Source of the DNA: Nemertoderma westbladi
Lineage: Eukaryota; Animalia; Xenacoelomorpha
Assembly: GCA_032718475.1 (NCBI GenBank)
Contig: JAUCBJ010002072.1
Span: 1-49,760, forward strand
Length of the DNA: 49,760 nt
Direction: 5' to 3'
Position 1 is the first letter of the stretch. Every line of letters starts with the position of its first letter. Shown piece by piece: positions 22,201 through 34,800 of the stretch. Made by a program: the position numbers and the translations under genes. The notes under the pieces were generated by a model. That model saw only the letters and a list, made by a program, of their open reading frames with translations, searched no databases and was not told where the DNA came from.

Positions 22201-23779
22201 GGTTTGAAGATATACGTTGGGAGAGTTCGGCTGAGTTTGTGAGTGGGACTACATATTACTCAGAAGAACATCGTTTATGTGATGATAATGAACGGTTCGA
22301 TAAACCCAAACAGGATGAACTAAGAAAATGGCGAGAGATGAACACTTATGTGGAAGTTCCAGATAATGGTCAATATTCGATATCTACTAAGTGGGTTTTA
22401 ACAGAAAAACTTATTGGTGATAAGTTTACATTAAAGGCTCGACTAGTTGCTAGAGGTTTTGAGGACATTGGTAATCCGAAAACAGAATCTCCCACATGCT
22501 ACAAGGAATCTCTGCGTATTTGTTTAGTAATAATATCATCTTTACATTGGAAATTAAATGTACTTGATATTAAAAGTGCATATTTACAAGGTATGCCAAT
22601 GGATCGTGAAGTTTTTTTAAAGCCACCAAAAGAGGCTAAATCAGATCAATTGTGGCGTTTAAATCATTGTGTTTATGGACTAAATGAGTCTGGGCGTAAA
22701 TGGTATCTGCGAGTTGTCTCTGAGCTTGAAAAACTAAAAGTTTGTACATCACAGTTTGATCCTGCTGTTTTCTATTATCAAAAAGATTGTGTTCTTCACG
22801 GAATTATCGTTATTCATGTGGACGATTTCTTATGGGCTGGAGATCAAAGTTTTGATAATTACATTATATCGTCATTGAGACAAGTGTTTCTTTTCAGTCA
22901 CGAGTCTAGTGTTTCTATGAAATATCTCGGTTTAAATTTGAATCAAGATAGATCTTGCATTACAATAGATCTACAAAAATATGTACAACAAATACCGGAT
23001 ATAATCACTCCTCAAAATCGGACATTGAACAAAGTTGCAATGTTGAGTGGTGATGAATATAAACTGTATCGTTCATTGTTAGGTCAACTTAATTGGGCGA
23101 CGACTCAGTGTCGGGTTGATGTTTGCTTCGAGTCATGCCAATTAGCATGCTCTGTGGGCGAATCAAATGTTGGAAATCTTCTGAAGGTCATTAAAACGGT
23201 AAAAAAGATGAAATCCGAAAATGTGGCAATACACCTTCCCTTCATAGTGTAGGAAATTTAAGTGGTATGGAAATTTTGTGTTTTAGCGATGCAAGTCTTG
23301 GGAATTTACCGGATGGTGGATCGCAAGGAGGTTATTTGGTGTTTCTTCTTGGAAAAAACGGAAAAGCATCACTGATCTCTTGGCATAGTAAGCGGATTAA
23401 ACGTGTTGTTAAGAGTTCTTTAGCCGCCGAAACTGTCGAATTGGTAGAAGCTGTTGAATGTGCATATCTTCATGCTAGATTTCTGATGGAATTGCTGAAC
23501 ATTTCAATGAAACAAATTCCAATTACAGCAATAACTGACAATTCGTCATTATGTGAAGCTGTACACTCATTGACGTATGTAACGGACAAAAGATTACCGA
23601 TTGATATTGCTATATTACGAGAGATGATCCAGAGAGGTGAGATTAAGGACGTAAAGTGGGTTCCAGAACGCCATCAACTTGCAAATTGTCTGACTAAACA
23701 AGGTGCAAATACTGGTAATCTAAAATACGCCCACCGAAAGTCGGCCAGGTTCAATAACAATCAATTAAATTTTTTCTAA
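19224..23779 (+). pseudogene. gag-pol: Copia-2 Gag-Pol, frameshifted before RNase H
   Basis: ORFs 19224-23252 and 23267-23779; 5-bp duplication CCTTC at 23234-23243 relative to copy 1. Confidence 0.93.
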
Positions 23780-24276
23780 ACCGAAAGTTGACATTTAGGC
23801 GGTGACAATAACAATAACAAGGACTTTTGAATAATATTTTAATTTTTGAGTGTAATTATGTATATTTTTCAGGTGGTGGTTGATACTCAATTAATTTATA
23901 GGACAAAATTGTCAGAGTAGATTTCTCTATTTGATTCAAGAAGTGGTTCAATTATTATTATTTTTTTTTTGATAAGGGTCGAAGCTTGTGTAATTATTTC
24001 GGCTTGTGCAATTATTTCGGAATATTATTCTAGTTAAATAATTTGGAATGTTTAAATTTTAGATTGATTTGTGGATGTAAGGAACTTATTATTTTTTGTT
24101 TTTATAATTATTTAGAAAATAGGGGGAGCTTGTTATAGTTGGTTAATAGTACATTTGATATGAGCGGGAGATTTGAATTAGTAATTACTGTGTTATCGGT
24201 ACCGATGAGAAAGTGCTATAATAATTATTATCTGTAATCAGAAATAGTAAATAAACAGAACTAGATTAACACATGA

Positions 24277-24650
24277 TTCACACTCATGTGGTCCAATTGT
24301 ACAGACTGCACTATGACAGACTTGCGTCGCTAACACAGACGCCACCGATACTGACGTAACTGATCTGGACACGACCACACGGACCTCAGACTTACAACTA
24401 CTTGCAGTAAACCAGGTTGTATTGACTACTGAAGACCAAAGGGTTGTTGCTGTGGATGACTCGATGAACGAGGATTTTGGAAGGCTTGCGAGCCTACCTA
24501 AAAATCCAAAGGTCATTGACCCCACCCACCAGGCTTCGACACCGGTCGTTGATCTTGGAAGGCTTGCGAGCCTACCGACAGATCAAGAAGTTGTCAAACC
24601 GCCGCACGATTATTCGACGCCGACTAGTGAAACCGGAAGGCTTGCGAGCC
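24277..24650 (+). repeat. 374-bp segment of B pol, copy 3 of 3
   Basis: Continues directly into unique B pol (GAGCC|TACCAGACAC). Confidence 0.95.
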
Positions 24651-25040
24651 TACCAGACACATTGACACTAGCCACTGCAGCGGACGAAGACGTGGACGAG
24701 GACCATGGCGCAGTGCAAGCAGCGCTTGACCGACTGTTGACTGAACAGACTATTCAATGGTTGGAACAGGACTCCGCAGAACCCGGTAGTTACGAGACCG
24801 CTATGTCAGAACAGGAAAAACGGTCATTAAATATTATGAGAGATACCATTCGCCAGACCGCAAATGGCCACTACGAGGTTGGCATGTTGTGGCGCAATGG
24901 ACAACCTAAGCTCGTTAACAATTATCCGCTTGCTTTGAGGCGACTCAAATCATAAGGCAGCGATTGTTGCGAGACGAGACGGCCCATATGCAATACAATG
25001 CGCAACTTCAGACGTATCTCCAAAAGGGATACGCCATTAG
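24651..25040 (+). pseudogene. pol: Element B pol, segment upstream of RT
   Basis: NGHYEVGMLWRNGQPKLVNNYPLALRRLKS...YLQKGYA, typical BEL pre-RT motif; stop at 24953. Confidence 0.85.
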
Positions 25041-25845
25041 ATAGATAGATAGATTTATTTATACATTATGTAAAAACAATAACAAATACACCAAACAATG
25101 TACCGGTATAAAGGTATTGTCCAACATAACATATAGGATTACCCCTAAAGCTTTGCAGCTTATTTCCAAGGGGGTCCTTTATGTTACTTGGTTACAAATA
25201 CAATATTAAACTACGCTAACCTAAAATAATATAAAACGTAATTACACTAAAACGTAATTATTTAGGTTTTTAATTTCATTAGGCAGAGCGTTCCAATTTT
25301 TTATGCCGTTAAAAAAGAAAGTATCAGATTCAAAGGATTTACAATTCGGGAGGTAGAAGTTTGAAGCTGTTCCAGCTCCCCTACAGATCTCCATGGACTC
25401 TATTATAGGCCATGCTCCCCCCCCCCCCCCCTTTCACACTTTTGTTGTTTATATGTACAGCAGTATTACCGGTCTCCCTATAGGCCTACCTTTCATTGTA
25501 TATTTTATAGTACCGTGGTGTTTATTGTCTGATGGTTTATTGTTTATATTTACCGCCATCCATTATCTTACATTACTGCATTATTGATATTGAACCAAAC
25601 ATATTATCTTATGCTTTTTCATCACACCATTTTGCCCTCTCCACTATACAGTCCTGGACCAGTCGGATCTATTGGGATCCGCACACTCTTCGAACCGGAT
25701 CAGAATCGCACCTAATAAATAAATACTGAAATATTGGACAGTTTAGCCTAACCTAACAAGAAAATACTGTAATGCCAGAAAGCTGTAATTTCCATGTTAT
25801 ATTTAATACCTACTGACCTACCGGTAGATAACTGGTACAGCGGTT

Positions 25846-26565
25846 ATGTCGGACGACGACACTAACCCACCTACATCTCCAACCCGCAACCGTGGGGGTG
25901 TGGATACCGGTGGCCCTCCCAACCTAACCACTGAAATCAATGCGATAAAACGTACTCGAGGGATAGAACGCACAAAAGCTCGTAAACTCATAACAGAACT
26001 TGAGACTTTATGGTGTAAGAACGAGGAAGATATCGACTCGGATGAGTTGGCGTACCAAATCGAACTCGTGGACAGAAAACGTAAAATATTAAACTCGATA
26101 GATTCGGAGTTAATTGACCTTGGATATTCTCCGGAACCTTCTAACTACGACCGCGACTTGGATAAAACTTTATTTAAATCCAATCGAATTTTATCCCGGA
26201 TTGAGAGAACAAACTCGAATTCTTCTACAAATTCCGGCAGCCAGTCGCACCATTCCTCCAACCATGGCATTGCCAGTAGTACCCATGGATTACCGAAAAT
26301 TGCTGTCCCAACGTTTGATGGCGAATTTATGTCTTGGCGTCCCTTCTGGGATCAATATGAAGCATTGATCCATAACCGACCAGGTTTATCTGAGGTTCAG
26401 AAGTTTGTCTACCTCCGTAGTTCTCTGATTAATGACGCTAAAGAGGCCCTTTCAGGTATATCATTGACGGCCAGTAATTATAACGATGCTATTACTATAC
26501 TAAAACGCCGTTATGGAAGTTATACAATTCTGGAATTTAGAAACTGTAGGTATAAAAAAGGATGA
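25846..26565 (+). CDS. gag: Element D truncated Gag (DUF1759-like)
   Basis: LPKIAVPTFDGEFMSWRPFWDQYEALIH...KFVYLRSSL...NYNDAITILKRRYG; no zinc fingers follow. Confidence 0.88.
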   Translation: MSDDDTNPPTSPTRNRGGVDTGGPPNLTTEINAIKRTRGIERTKARKLITELETLWCKNEEDIDSDELAYQIELVDRKRKILNSIDSELIDLGYSPEPSNYDRDLDKTLFKSNRILSRIERTNSNSSTNSGSQSHHSSNHGIASSTHGLPKIAVPTFDGEFMSWRPFWDQYEALIHNRPGLSEVQKFVYLRSSLINDAKEALSGISLTASNYNDAITILKRRYGSYTILEFRNCRYKKG

Positions 26566-29500
26566 AGTTGATTGCACTCCTTACCCTATACCTGAACGTT
26601 CTCCTGATGATCCATCACGATATCGAGTTCGACTTCCCTTCCGGTGCCTCCTTCGCCCAAAATCGAACTTTTCCATAGTTCAGCGGCAACAAAAGCGAAT
26701 TATTTCCCAACTGAAACCATCCGAGCTCGATATTTACCAGACAAAAATGAGTAAATTACAGACTGATGGTATTGTTACCACGGCAACCAGTCCCCCTGAT
26801 ACTGGATTTTATCTCCCACACCACCTTGCTCGGAAAGATACTAAGCCTCGGGTGGTATTTAATGGGTCAGCTGGGGATACTGATGGTATTAGCCTCAATG
26901 CATGTCTGGATCCAGGTCCTAACCTTCTATCATCACTAGTTGATGTTTTATTACGATTCCGATTCTATAAATATGTTGTGGCCGCTGATATTACCGCCGC
27001 TTACCATCAAGTGGAGGTTCATCCTAATGATAGGAAGTGGTTAAAATATATTTGCAATAACCAAGAATGTGAATTTACTAGAGTTCCCTTTGGAATAACT
27101 CCAAGTGGATATTTGTTACATTCTACTGTACAACATCATATTGTATCAAACACGGACCCCAGTACAGCCTCTGAGATTATTAAACATCTTTATTGTGATG
27201 ATTTTTACCGTTCATCTAATAATCAAAATGAGTTACATACCTTCCTAGCCCATGTTATTGATTTATTAGCTACTGCTGGTATGGCCTTGAAACCTGTAGT
27301 AAACCCTCAAAAGGTTCTCGGGTTATGTTGGGATAGCCATGCCGATGCTATCTCGATTGATACATCTAAGGTTGTATTACCCCCAGTCTTGACGCGCCGA
27401 GCTGTACTTCGTGTTATTTGTTTAGTTTTTGATCCTCTTGGCCTACTAAGCCCCTGGATTTTGCAAGGCCGTTTGATTCTCCAGCAATCTTGGCAAACCG
27501 GCCATGGTTGGAACCATCCCCTACCTGATCAATTATGTGATAAACTGACCCGATGGGTTGCAGATGCCCAGATTTCTGTTACTTTCCCCAGATGCATTCA
27601 TCTTAACTCTGACTGCGATATCCATGTCTTTTGCGACGCATCATTGTTGGCATATGCATTTCTGGTTTATGTAGTCCCCCCTTTAGGGATTCCTGTATTG
27701 CTTTATGGTAAATCGCGAGCTGCTCCATTGAAACCAACAACTCTTTCCACTCCTCGCCTGGAGATAATGGCTTGTCTTTTGGGGGCTCGATTCTCTAATC
27801 ATATCACTAAAAAATTACTTACTCCTCGATCCTTACACCTTTGGAGCGACTCAATGTGTGCCCTTCAGTGGATAAGAAAGGGAACATCGAAGAAAGATAT
27901 CTTTGTCCGTAATCGTTTGTTGGAAATAAACTCTCTAACTGAGTCTTCCCAATGGCATTTTGTACCAACTGCAGACAATCCTGCCGACATTCCATCTCGT
28001 GGATGTTCTTTATATATACTCCAGTCTAGCCATTTATATCGTCATGGCCCAGAATTCCTTTTAATGGATTCCTCATATTGGCCTCAAGAACCATTGCCTC
28101 CACCTCAGCTCCTCATTGTTGAGACCCCGAATCCTATGGATTTAGAACAGGTTATTACGATTCGTAACTTTTCCACATTATCTCGCTTAATAAATGTACT
28201 ATCATGGGTGAGACGGTTTATACATAACATCTCTACGAGATCTGCGAAAATCAGTGGACCTTTACATGTCTCAGAAGTAAGTGAATCTAAGAACTTATTA
28301 ATCTGCAATGAACAATCTCTTTTCTATGACAGCGAGATCAAACATTTGGGAAATAAATCAACACCACTTCCCCGATCCTCAAGTATATGGCGACTTCATC
28401 CCCAAATCAAGGATGGAATTTTGATGATGTCACCTCGAACTTGTGAGAAATTGCTTCCAATCTTACCCAGTAAGAGTCATTTGACTCGCTTGATTGCCAA
28501 TGCTATGCATTCCTGCTTAATGCACCAAGGATCTGAAGCGACATTAGCCCTAATTCGTCGTGATTATTGGATCCCCAGTGGCCGTTCCTTAGTACGATCT
28601 ATAGTACATGGATGTACCAAATGCTTACGATACAATGCTTTACCTTGTCAACCAACTGAATCATCTTTACACCCATTTAGAGTTGAACCTAAACCACCCT
28701 TCTACATCTCTGGAGTAGATTTCTTTGGACCTCTTATCCTCCGCGATGGAACAACAGTCCTTGGGTTACTCTTTACTTGTGCTATTACACGCGCCATTCA
28801 TCTTGAACTGGTGGATAATGGGAGTGCTAAACTCACTCACCTAGCTCTACGTAAATTTCTAGCGCGTCGCATTCCATCTCTTCAAGAGATTGAGATGCGT
28901 TCTGATAACGCCAAAACATTTCTGAAATTATCAACCATGAAATTTTCATCACATGTCATTAAGTGGAAGTTTATCCCTGCCCGATCTCCACACTGGGGAG
29001 GTTGGTGGGAGAGACTGGTGCGCTGTGTGAAGCGATGTCTTCGGATTACTTGTCATAATCAATCATTTACTCGTCCCGAGTTAGATACCATACTAACTGA
29101 AGTTGAAGCAGCTGTTAACTTACGGCCCCTTACTGCATTCTCTGATGACCCTGGAGATAATTCACCTTTGACACCAAGTCATTTTCTACATTGTCCAGGT
29201 CCACCTCCAGATAATGTTATCGATCCTTCGGCATACTCTGGATCTGATGTTCTACGCCATTCATTATTTAAACGTGACAAAGCAATCCGATCATTTTGGA
29301 AACTGTGGTCGACGCAATATCTTGCATCATTACGTTGCTGGAGAACAGTTGGTCAACGACCCAGGCGTATACCGCAACCTGGTACAATTGTTCTTGTCGC
29401 ACATACTGGTAAAACCTATATACCACGATCTAGGTGGCCATTGGCCCGGATCATTCGACTTCATCCAGGCCGTGATGGGTCTAATCACAGCGCTGATATT

Positions 29501-29788
29501 TTACTTAATGGTAAAACAACAACTCGATCATTGCATCTACTTATCCCATTGGAAAGTGACCTAGACTCGGACTCTATACTACCATCCACACCAAGGGGTC
29601 TCACACCGAGACCAACTCCTAAACCTGTGGTACCATATACTGCGACCACACCTCGACTTGTTTCAAATGAGGTACCTAGGACAATTTCGGCACCACCGCC
29701 TGTGATTGTCACTTCACGTAGTAGGCTTAATCCGACAATGACTTCAAGTGGACGCAATATTCGTCGCCCGCAACGTTTCGAAACCTGA
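26513..29788 (+). CDS. pol: Element D Pol (RT, RNase H, integrase; no protease)
   Basis: FYLPHH, RVVFNGS, ADITAAYHQV, RVPFG, YCDD; FDPLG, HVFCDAS, TPRLE, WSDS, NPADIPSRG; GVDFFGP, RAIHLELV, SDNAKTF, WGGWWERLV; FWKLWSTQYL. Confidence 0.93.
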   Translation: MEVIQFWNLETVGIKKDEVDCTPYPIPERSPDDPSRYRVRLPFRCLLRPKSNFSIVQRQQKRIISQLKPSELDIYQTKMSKLQTDGIVTTATSPPDTGFYLPHHLARKDTKPRVVFNGSAGDTDGISLNACLDPGPNLLSSLVDVLLRFRFYKYVVAADITAAYHQVEVHPNDRKWLKYICNNQECEFTRVPFGITPSGYLLHSTVQHHIVSNTDPSTASEIIKHLYCDDFYRSSNNQNELHTFLAHVIDLLATAGMALKPVVNPQKVLGLCWDSHADAISIDTSKVVLPPVLTRRAVLRVICLVFDPLGLLSPWILQGRLILQQSWQTGHGWNHPLPDQLCDKLTRWVADAQISVTFPRCIHLNSDCDIHVFCDASLLAYAFLVYVVPPLGIPVLLYGKSRAAPLKPTTLSTPRLEIMACLLGARFSNHITKKLLTPRSLHLWSDSMCALQWIRKGTSKKDIFVRNRLLEINSLTESSQWHFVPTADNPADIPSRGCSLYILQSSHLYRHGPEFLLMDSSYWPQEPLPPPQLLIVETPNPMDLEQVITIRNFSTLSRLINVLSWVRRFIHNISTRSAKISGPLHVSEVSESKNLLICNEQSLFYDSEIKHLGNKSTPLPRSSSIWRLHPQIKDGILMMSPRTCEKLLPILPSKSHLTRLIANAMHSCLMHQGSEATLALIRRDYWIPSGRSLVRSIVHGCTKCLRYNALPCQPTESSLHPFRVEPKPPFYISGVDFFGPLILRDGTTVLGLLFTCAITRAIHLELVDNGSAKLTHLALRKFLARRIPSLQEIEMRSDNAKTFLKLSTMKFSSHVIKWKFIPARSPHWGGWWERLVRCVKRCLRITCHNQSFTRPELDTILTEVEAAVNLRPLTAFSDDPGDNSPLTPSHFLHCPGPPPDNVIDPSAYSGSDVLRHSLFKRDKAIRSFWKLWSTQYLASLRCWRTVGQRPRRIPQPGTIVLVAHTGKTYIPRSRWPLARIIRLHPGRDGSNHSADILLNGKTTTRSLHLLIPLESDLDSDSILPSTPRGLTPRPTPKPVVPYTATTPRLVSNEVPRTISAPPPVIVTSRSRLNPTMTSSGRNIRRPQRFET

Positions 29789-30321
29789 TGCCGATTTCGA
29801 CGTGGGGGTGTGTTCCAGCTCCCCTACAGATCTCCATGGACTCTATTATAGGCCATGCTCCCCCCCCCCCCCCTTTCACACTTTTGTTGTTTATATGTAC
29901 AGCAGTATTACCGGTCTCCCTATAGGCCTACCTTTCATTGTATATTTTATAGTACCGTGGTGTTTATTGTCTGATGGTTTATTGTTTATATTTACCGCCA
30001 TCCATTATCTTACATTACTGCATTATTGATATTGAACCAAACATATTATCTTATGCTTTTTCATCACACCATTTTGCCCTCTCCACTATACAGTCCTGGA
30101 CCAGTCGGATCTATTGGGATCCGCACAGAAGCACTAGCTCTGGTACTGTAAGAGTGTGTATCGCGTACTCTGTTGAATTTTTGTTTTAGGTAATTGGGAC
30201 ATTTACCATTATACACTTTATGCACATGGTTAAGGCGTAGCTGCTTAACTCTACTATCTAAGTTAAGTAGTCCAGATTCAGAAAAGTCATCTGGAGTTAG
30301 GTGGTGCCTAGGTTTGTAGTC

Positions 30322-31803
30322 TTAAATAAATCGTACTACTTTATTCTGAGCTACTTGTAATTTACATTTAAGCTGTTTGGTTAAGCCTTCATACCAAGAA
30401 GAGCACGCATAGTCCATGTGACACTGTATTAAAGAAGAGCAAAGTAACTTGCGGGAGTCGGTGTTCAAACTATTTTTATTTCTGTATAGAAACCTAAGCC
30501 TACTGTTAACTTTCGAGAAAATATTTTTCACTATGCTTTCTCCTGATAAGCAGTTATCCAATGTGGCGCCTAAATATTTAACTTCCTTTTTATTTTCAAT
30601 CTTATGTCCATTACTAGTGACTTCAAACTTAGTTACCTTCTTTAACTTTCTTTTGGAACCAAACAAAATACTTTCAGTCTTACCGTAGTGAATGGATAGC
30701 TTATTATCAACCAACCACTCATTACAGGATTCTAGAACTGCACTTAACTTTTGGGAAATATGGATAGGATCTTTATGAGAGAAAATAAGAGCACTATCGT
30801 CGGCATATAAAATGAGTTTAAAATCGGGATCTATACTACTTATCATATCATTTACATAGCATACAAAAAGCAGAGGACCTAATATACTACCTTGCGGTAC
30901 ACCACAGGTAATCTCTTGTACAGTAGACAGCGATTTGTTAATGACTACAGTTTGACCTCTGTCTGACAGGTAGGACTTGAACCAGTCTATAGAACCTACA
31001 CCCATCAGGCCTAACTTACCAAGCAGAATTTCGTGATCTACAGTATCGAAAGCCTTTTGTAGGTCCAACATTACCATACCAGTATATAAACCCTTTGCGT
31101 TATTACATCTAATTGTATCAGTTAAGTTAATAAGGCAGGTGTCTGTAGAATATGATTTACGAAAACCGGACTGAAGTTCATAAATCAGATTTAGCCTACT
31201 AAGATGTGCCTCCAGCTGTAGAAAAACAGAACGTTCTAGAATTTTAGATACAATACTTAAGATACTAACAGGTCTGTAATTACAGGGTTCTACTTTACTA
31301 TTCTTTTTATACAGAGGAACAACCTTAGCTAATTTCAGTTCGTCTGGTACTACATTATCTACGATAGAGTAATTAATAATAAAAGTAATAGGCACTTTAA
31401 GTACTTCAGCACCATCCTTAAGAAAACGGGCAGGTATTAGATCTAGACCGGTACTTTTTGAGGCTGATAGGCTAAGTAGATTTTTAAAAACGAAATCCTC
31501 AGAAACGGGTTTTAAAAATAACTTTTCTGAATTTTGTAACTTTTCTAAATAAAAATTATTTAGAGTTTCGGACCCTATACTATATTTATTACTTGATAAC
31601 GGTAACCTCTTAACTAAATTAGAGGCAACATTAGTAAAATAATTATTAAATAAATTACTAACTAGAGTATGATCATGAATCAGCTCACCGTTATCTTGCA
31701 GAACAATATTCGATTTAGATTTAAGGTTTTTATAACCTAAAGATTTTAGGGTAGACCATAGACTTTTAGGATTATCTTTATTCTCACTTATTTTGTTGTA
31801 CAA
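30322..31803 (-). pseudogene. LINE ORF2 reverse transcriptase (L2/Crack-like), premature stop
   Basis: [60 protein letters not shown]. Confidence 0.9.
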
Positions 31804-31898
31804 ATATTCAGATTTAGCTTTTTTTATTTCCCGTTGGACAAGGTTTCTATATTTGCAGTAATTATTATAATCAGCTAAAACACGGTATATGCCATTAG

Positions 31899-34800
31899 GA
31901 TGTTAAATCCCGAGGTAACCACAGATCAGACATATTACCTGCCACATCATTTTGTTCGACACCCGGACAAACCTGGCAAGGTGCGTGTAGTCAACGACTG
32001 TGCCGCGCTTTACCAAGGGATGTCTATGAACAGCGAATTGATGGATGGGCCGAATATGAATAATTACCTCATGGGAGTCCTAATGCGTTTTAGACAACGC
32101 AAAGTGGCTTTCACCTGTGACGTAGAGGCCATTCACATGCGTTCACCAGGTTAAGGCTTTGGAGCGGGACAGGGACAGTTTAAGGTTTCTTTGGTATCCG
32201 GACGGAAATTTAGAACTTCCGCCAGAAACTTACCAAATGCAGGTAAGAGTTTTCGGAGCCAGGGACAGCCCCAACTGCACCATGTACGCCTTAAAGCAGA
32301 CCGCATTGGACAGACGAGACCAATTTGACCCGGAAGTAGTTCGGACAGTGGAACGAGATTTCTACGTGGATGACGGCCTCAAGAGTTGTGACACTTTGGA
32401 GCGCGCTACAACCGTAGCACACCAACTCCAGGATTGTCTCGCTGAGGGCGGATTCCGCCTGACGAAGTTCGCTTCCAACGAACCCGAACTAGTGAACTCA
32501 TTTGACCCGACAGATCGCAGTGGAGGTGACTTGGACTTAGACCTAGAACCTCTACCGACGACCAAAGTATTAGGACTTAGTTGGGACCCTAACACCGACA
32601 ATTTTAGGGTACGTGTAAGGTCAAACGACCAGACTAGACCTCTCACTAAGAGGACTTGCTTATCGACCATGAGTCGATTGTATGACCCATTGTGTTTCAT
32701 TAGTCCAGTGATCCTACATGCTAGGATCATACTCCGCAGCATTTGGCAAGCCGGACTGGAATGGGACGATCCCATCCCTGAAAAGTTAGCTGAGCAATGG
32801 AGGGACTGGGAAGCCCAACTGACGTTCCTACAAGACTATACCATACCAAGGGTATACTTTCCTTTGCAGACCACCTTTCCTGCCGATTTAGAGCTTCACA
32901 GCTTTAGTGACGCTAGCAAGGATGGATTGGGGGTTACTTTATACCTTAGACGACAAGTGACATCGGCCAGCTATGATGTGTCTCTCGTTACTTCTAGGGG
33001 TAGAACAATGCCGTTGAAGTATATGACTGTACCTCGTGTAGAGCTGCAAGCCGGGACAATATCCACAAATATTGTCTGTCTAGTTCAACGCGAGCTGGAG
33101 GCTAACTTGAATGTCACATATTGGATGGTTGCGACGTTGGTACTTTGGTACATAAACAACAAAGCATTTGAGTTCAAGACTTTCGTAGCCAACAGATGGG
33201 CTGAAATATTAGACCGGTCGCTCAAACAAGATTGGCGTCACTGTCCAGGGAAGCTGAACCCAGCCGACATCGCGTCACGGGGGATGTTACCGCTCGACTT
33301 TTGTAAACCGGACAATAAATCCTTTTGGTTTAGAGGACCCGATTTTCTACAGCGACCATCAGACGAATGGCCACTGTTATTCGACGCGACAACCAATACC
33401 ATACTAGAGGGTGCCGAGATAAAATTCGACAAGGTTGTCAAATCTAAAGCGAAAGCCAACGCCAAGGTCAAGAGGAAACAAGGACGGACGAAATCTGATG
33501 ACCTGGACGCTAGACCTGACATTACGCCAGACGTCTCACCAGAATCTCGACCAGACGCTCGTACGAATCTTTCACCGGATGTTCCGCGGGAGATTTCACC
33601 AGACGTTTCGCCGGATTGTTCACCAGATTACTCGCCAGATTATTCACTAGAAGCGACACCAGATTGTTCTCCGGATTGTTCGCCAGATTGTTTTATGGAA
33701 CTCTCGACAGAATGTCTACCGGACGTCTCACCAGACTTTCCACCAGACATCTCGACAGACTGTCCACCAGACTTTGGACCAGACTTTTGACCAGACTTTC
33801 TGACAGAAGTTACGCCAGACTTTCTTTGGGACCGACGACAGGACATTTCGCCGGATGTTCCGCGCTATGTCTCACCAGACGTCTCACCAGACTGTCTACT
33901 GGACGCTTAACCAGACTGTCTACTAGACACTCCAGTAGAAGACCCATTGGAGCGGACATTTAGAAACTTACCAAATTTGACTTCTTTGGGCGACGAAGGT
34001 GTGGCCACAGCGATCACACTCCGCTCAAAGAAAATACTTGACTTACCACCTACACGTAAACGTGTAACTAAGGTTAGGAAGCTTACGGGCTCACAGGAAC
34101 ACACTGGTACTGTAGAGTTGAAACCGTTACTGCCAGTCGATTCATTAGGAGCGGACGGTAAAGGTATGACCGTAGAGATTGACATACTTGGGGACTCAGA
34201 CAAACCTACCGGAATGCCCATGGGCCTACCAAGTCCAAACAAGTATCAACACTATGACTATACCTTACCTGATGACGTCACTAACACTTACGTTGACAGG
34301 ATAGTAAACCTAACTAGATCATGGACTGACGCGTGCCGCAAGTTAGCATGGCTCAAACGTTTGAGACAATATGCCAGAGGCAAACGCGACTTTCCTAGAA
34401 GACTTACCTTAAAGGAAGTTGGTCATTGTGAAGTTGATATCATTAGACATTACCAATTGCGATATTTCGCACGAGAGTTCACAGCGATCAACCAAGGTAA
34501 ACATATCAAGTCTTCACCGATTTTGAGTTGGAGTCCGATTATTTACCGGGGCTTACTTTGCCACAAGTCCAGACTCCAAAACATCGACTTTGCACTTGAC
34601 TTTAGGTATCCTATCATCATACCATCAACACCATGAGTTACAGCGCGCTATGATACTGGACGCACATGTACAACTCAAACACGTGGGTAGACATCACTGC
34701 CTATCACCCTATGATCGAGGTTTGTACTGATTAGGCCTAGCAAGGCACTGAGTTCGGTAACACGGAACTGTATGATTTGTAAGAAGGTGCACGCGCGGAT

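Larger units (their letters stand above)
17354..24271 (+). mobile_element. Ty1/Copia GalEa-like element, copy 2 (LINE insertion and frameshift)
   Basis: LTRs 17354-17494 and 24131-24271; near-identical to copy 1 with the same junctions. Confidence 0.95.
25368..30127 (+). mobile_element. Element D: young BEL/Pao LTR retrotransposon with internal deletion
   Basis: LTRs 25368-25685 and 29811-30127 appear to differ only by one C in a poly-C run; TSD GAAGC at 25363-25367 and 30128-30132; CTTCGAACCGGAT after the 5' LTR resembles a tRNA-Tyr PBS. Confidence 0.95.
25041..31886 (-). mobile_element. 5'-truncated L2/Crack-like LINE interrupted by element D
   Basis: 12-bp TSD ATA(C/T)GCCATTAG at 25029-25040 and 31887-31898; minus-strand (ATCT)n tail after AATAAA; 3' stem-loop GACCCCCTTGGAAATAAG...CTTTAGGGGT. 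Confidence 0.87.
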
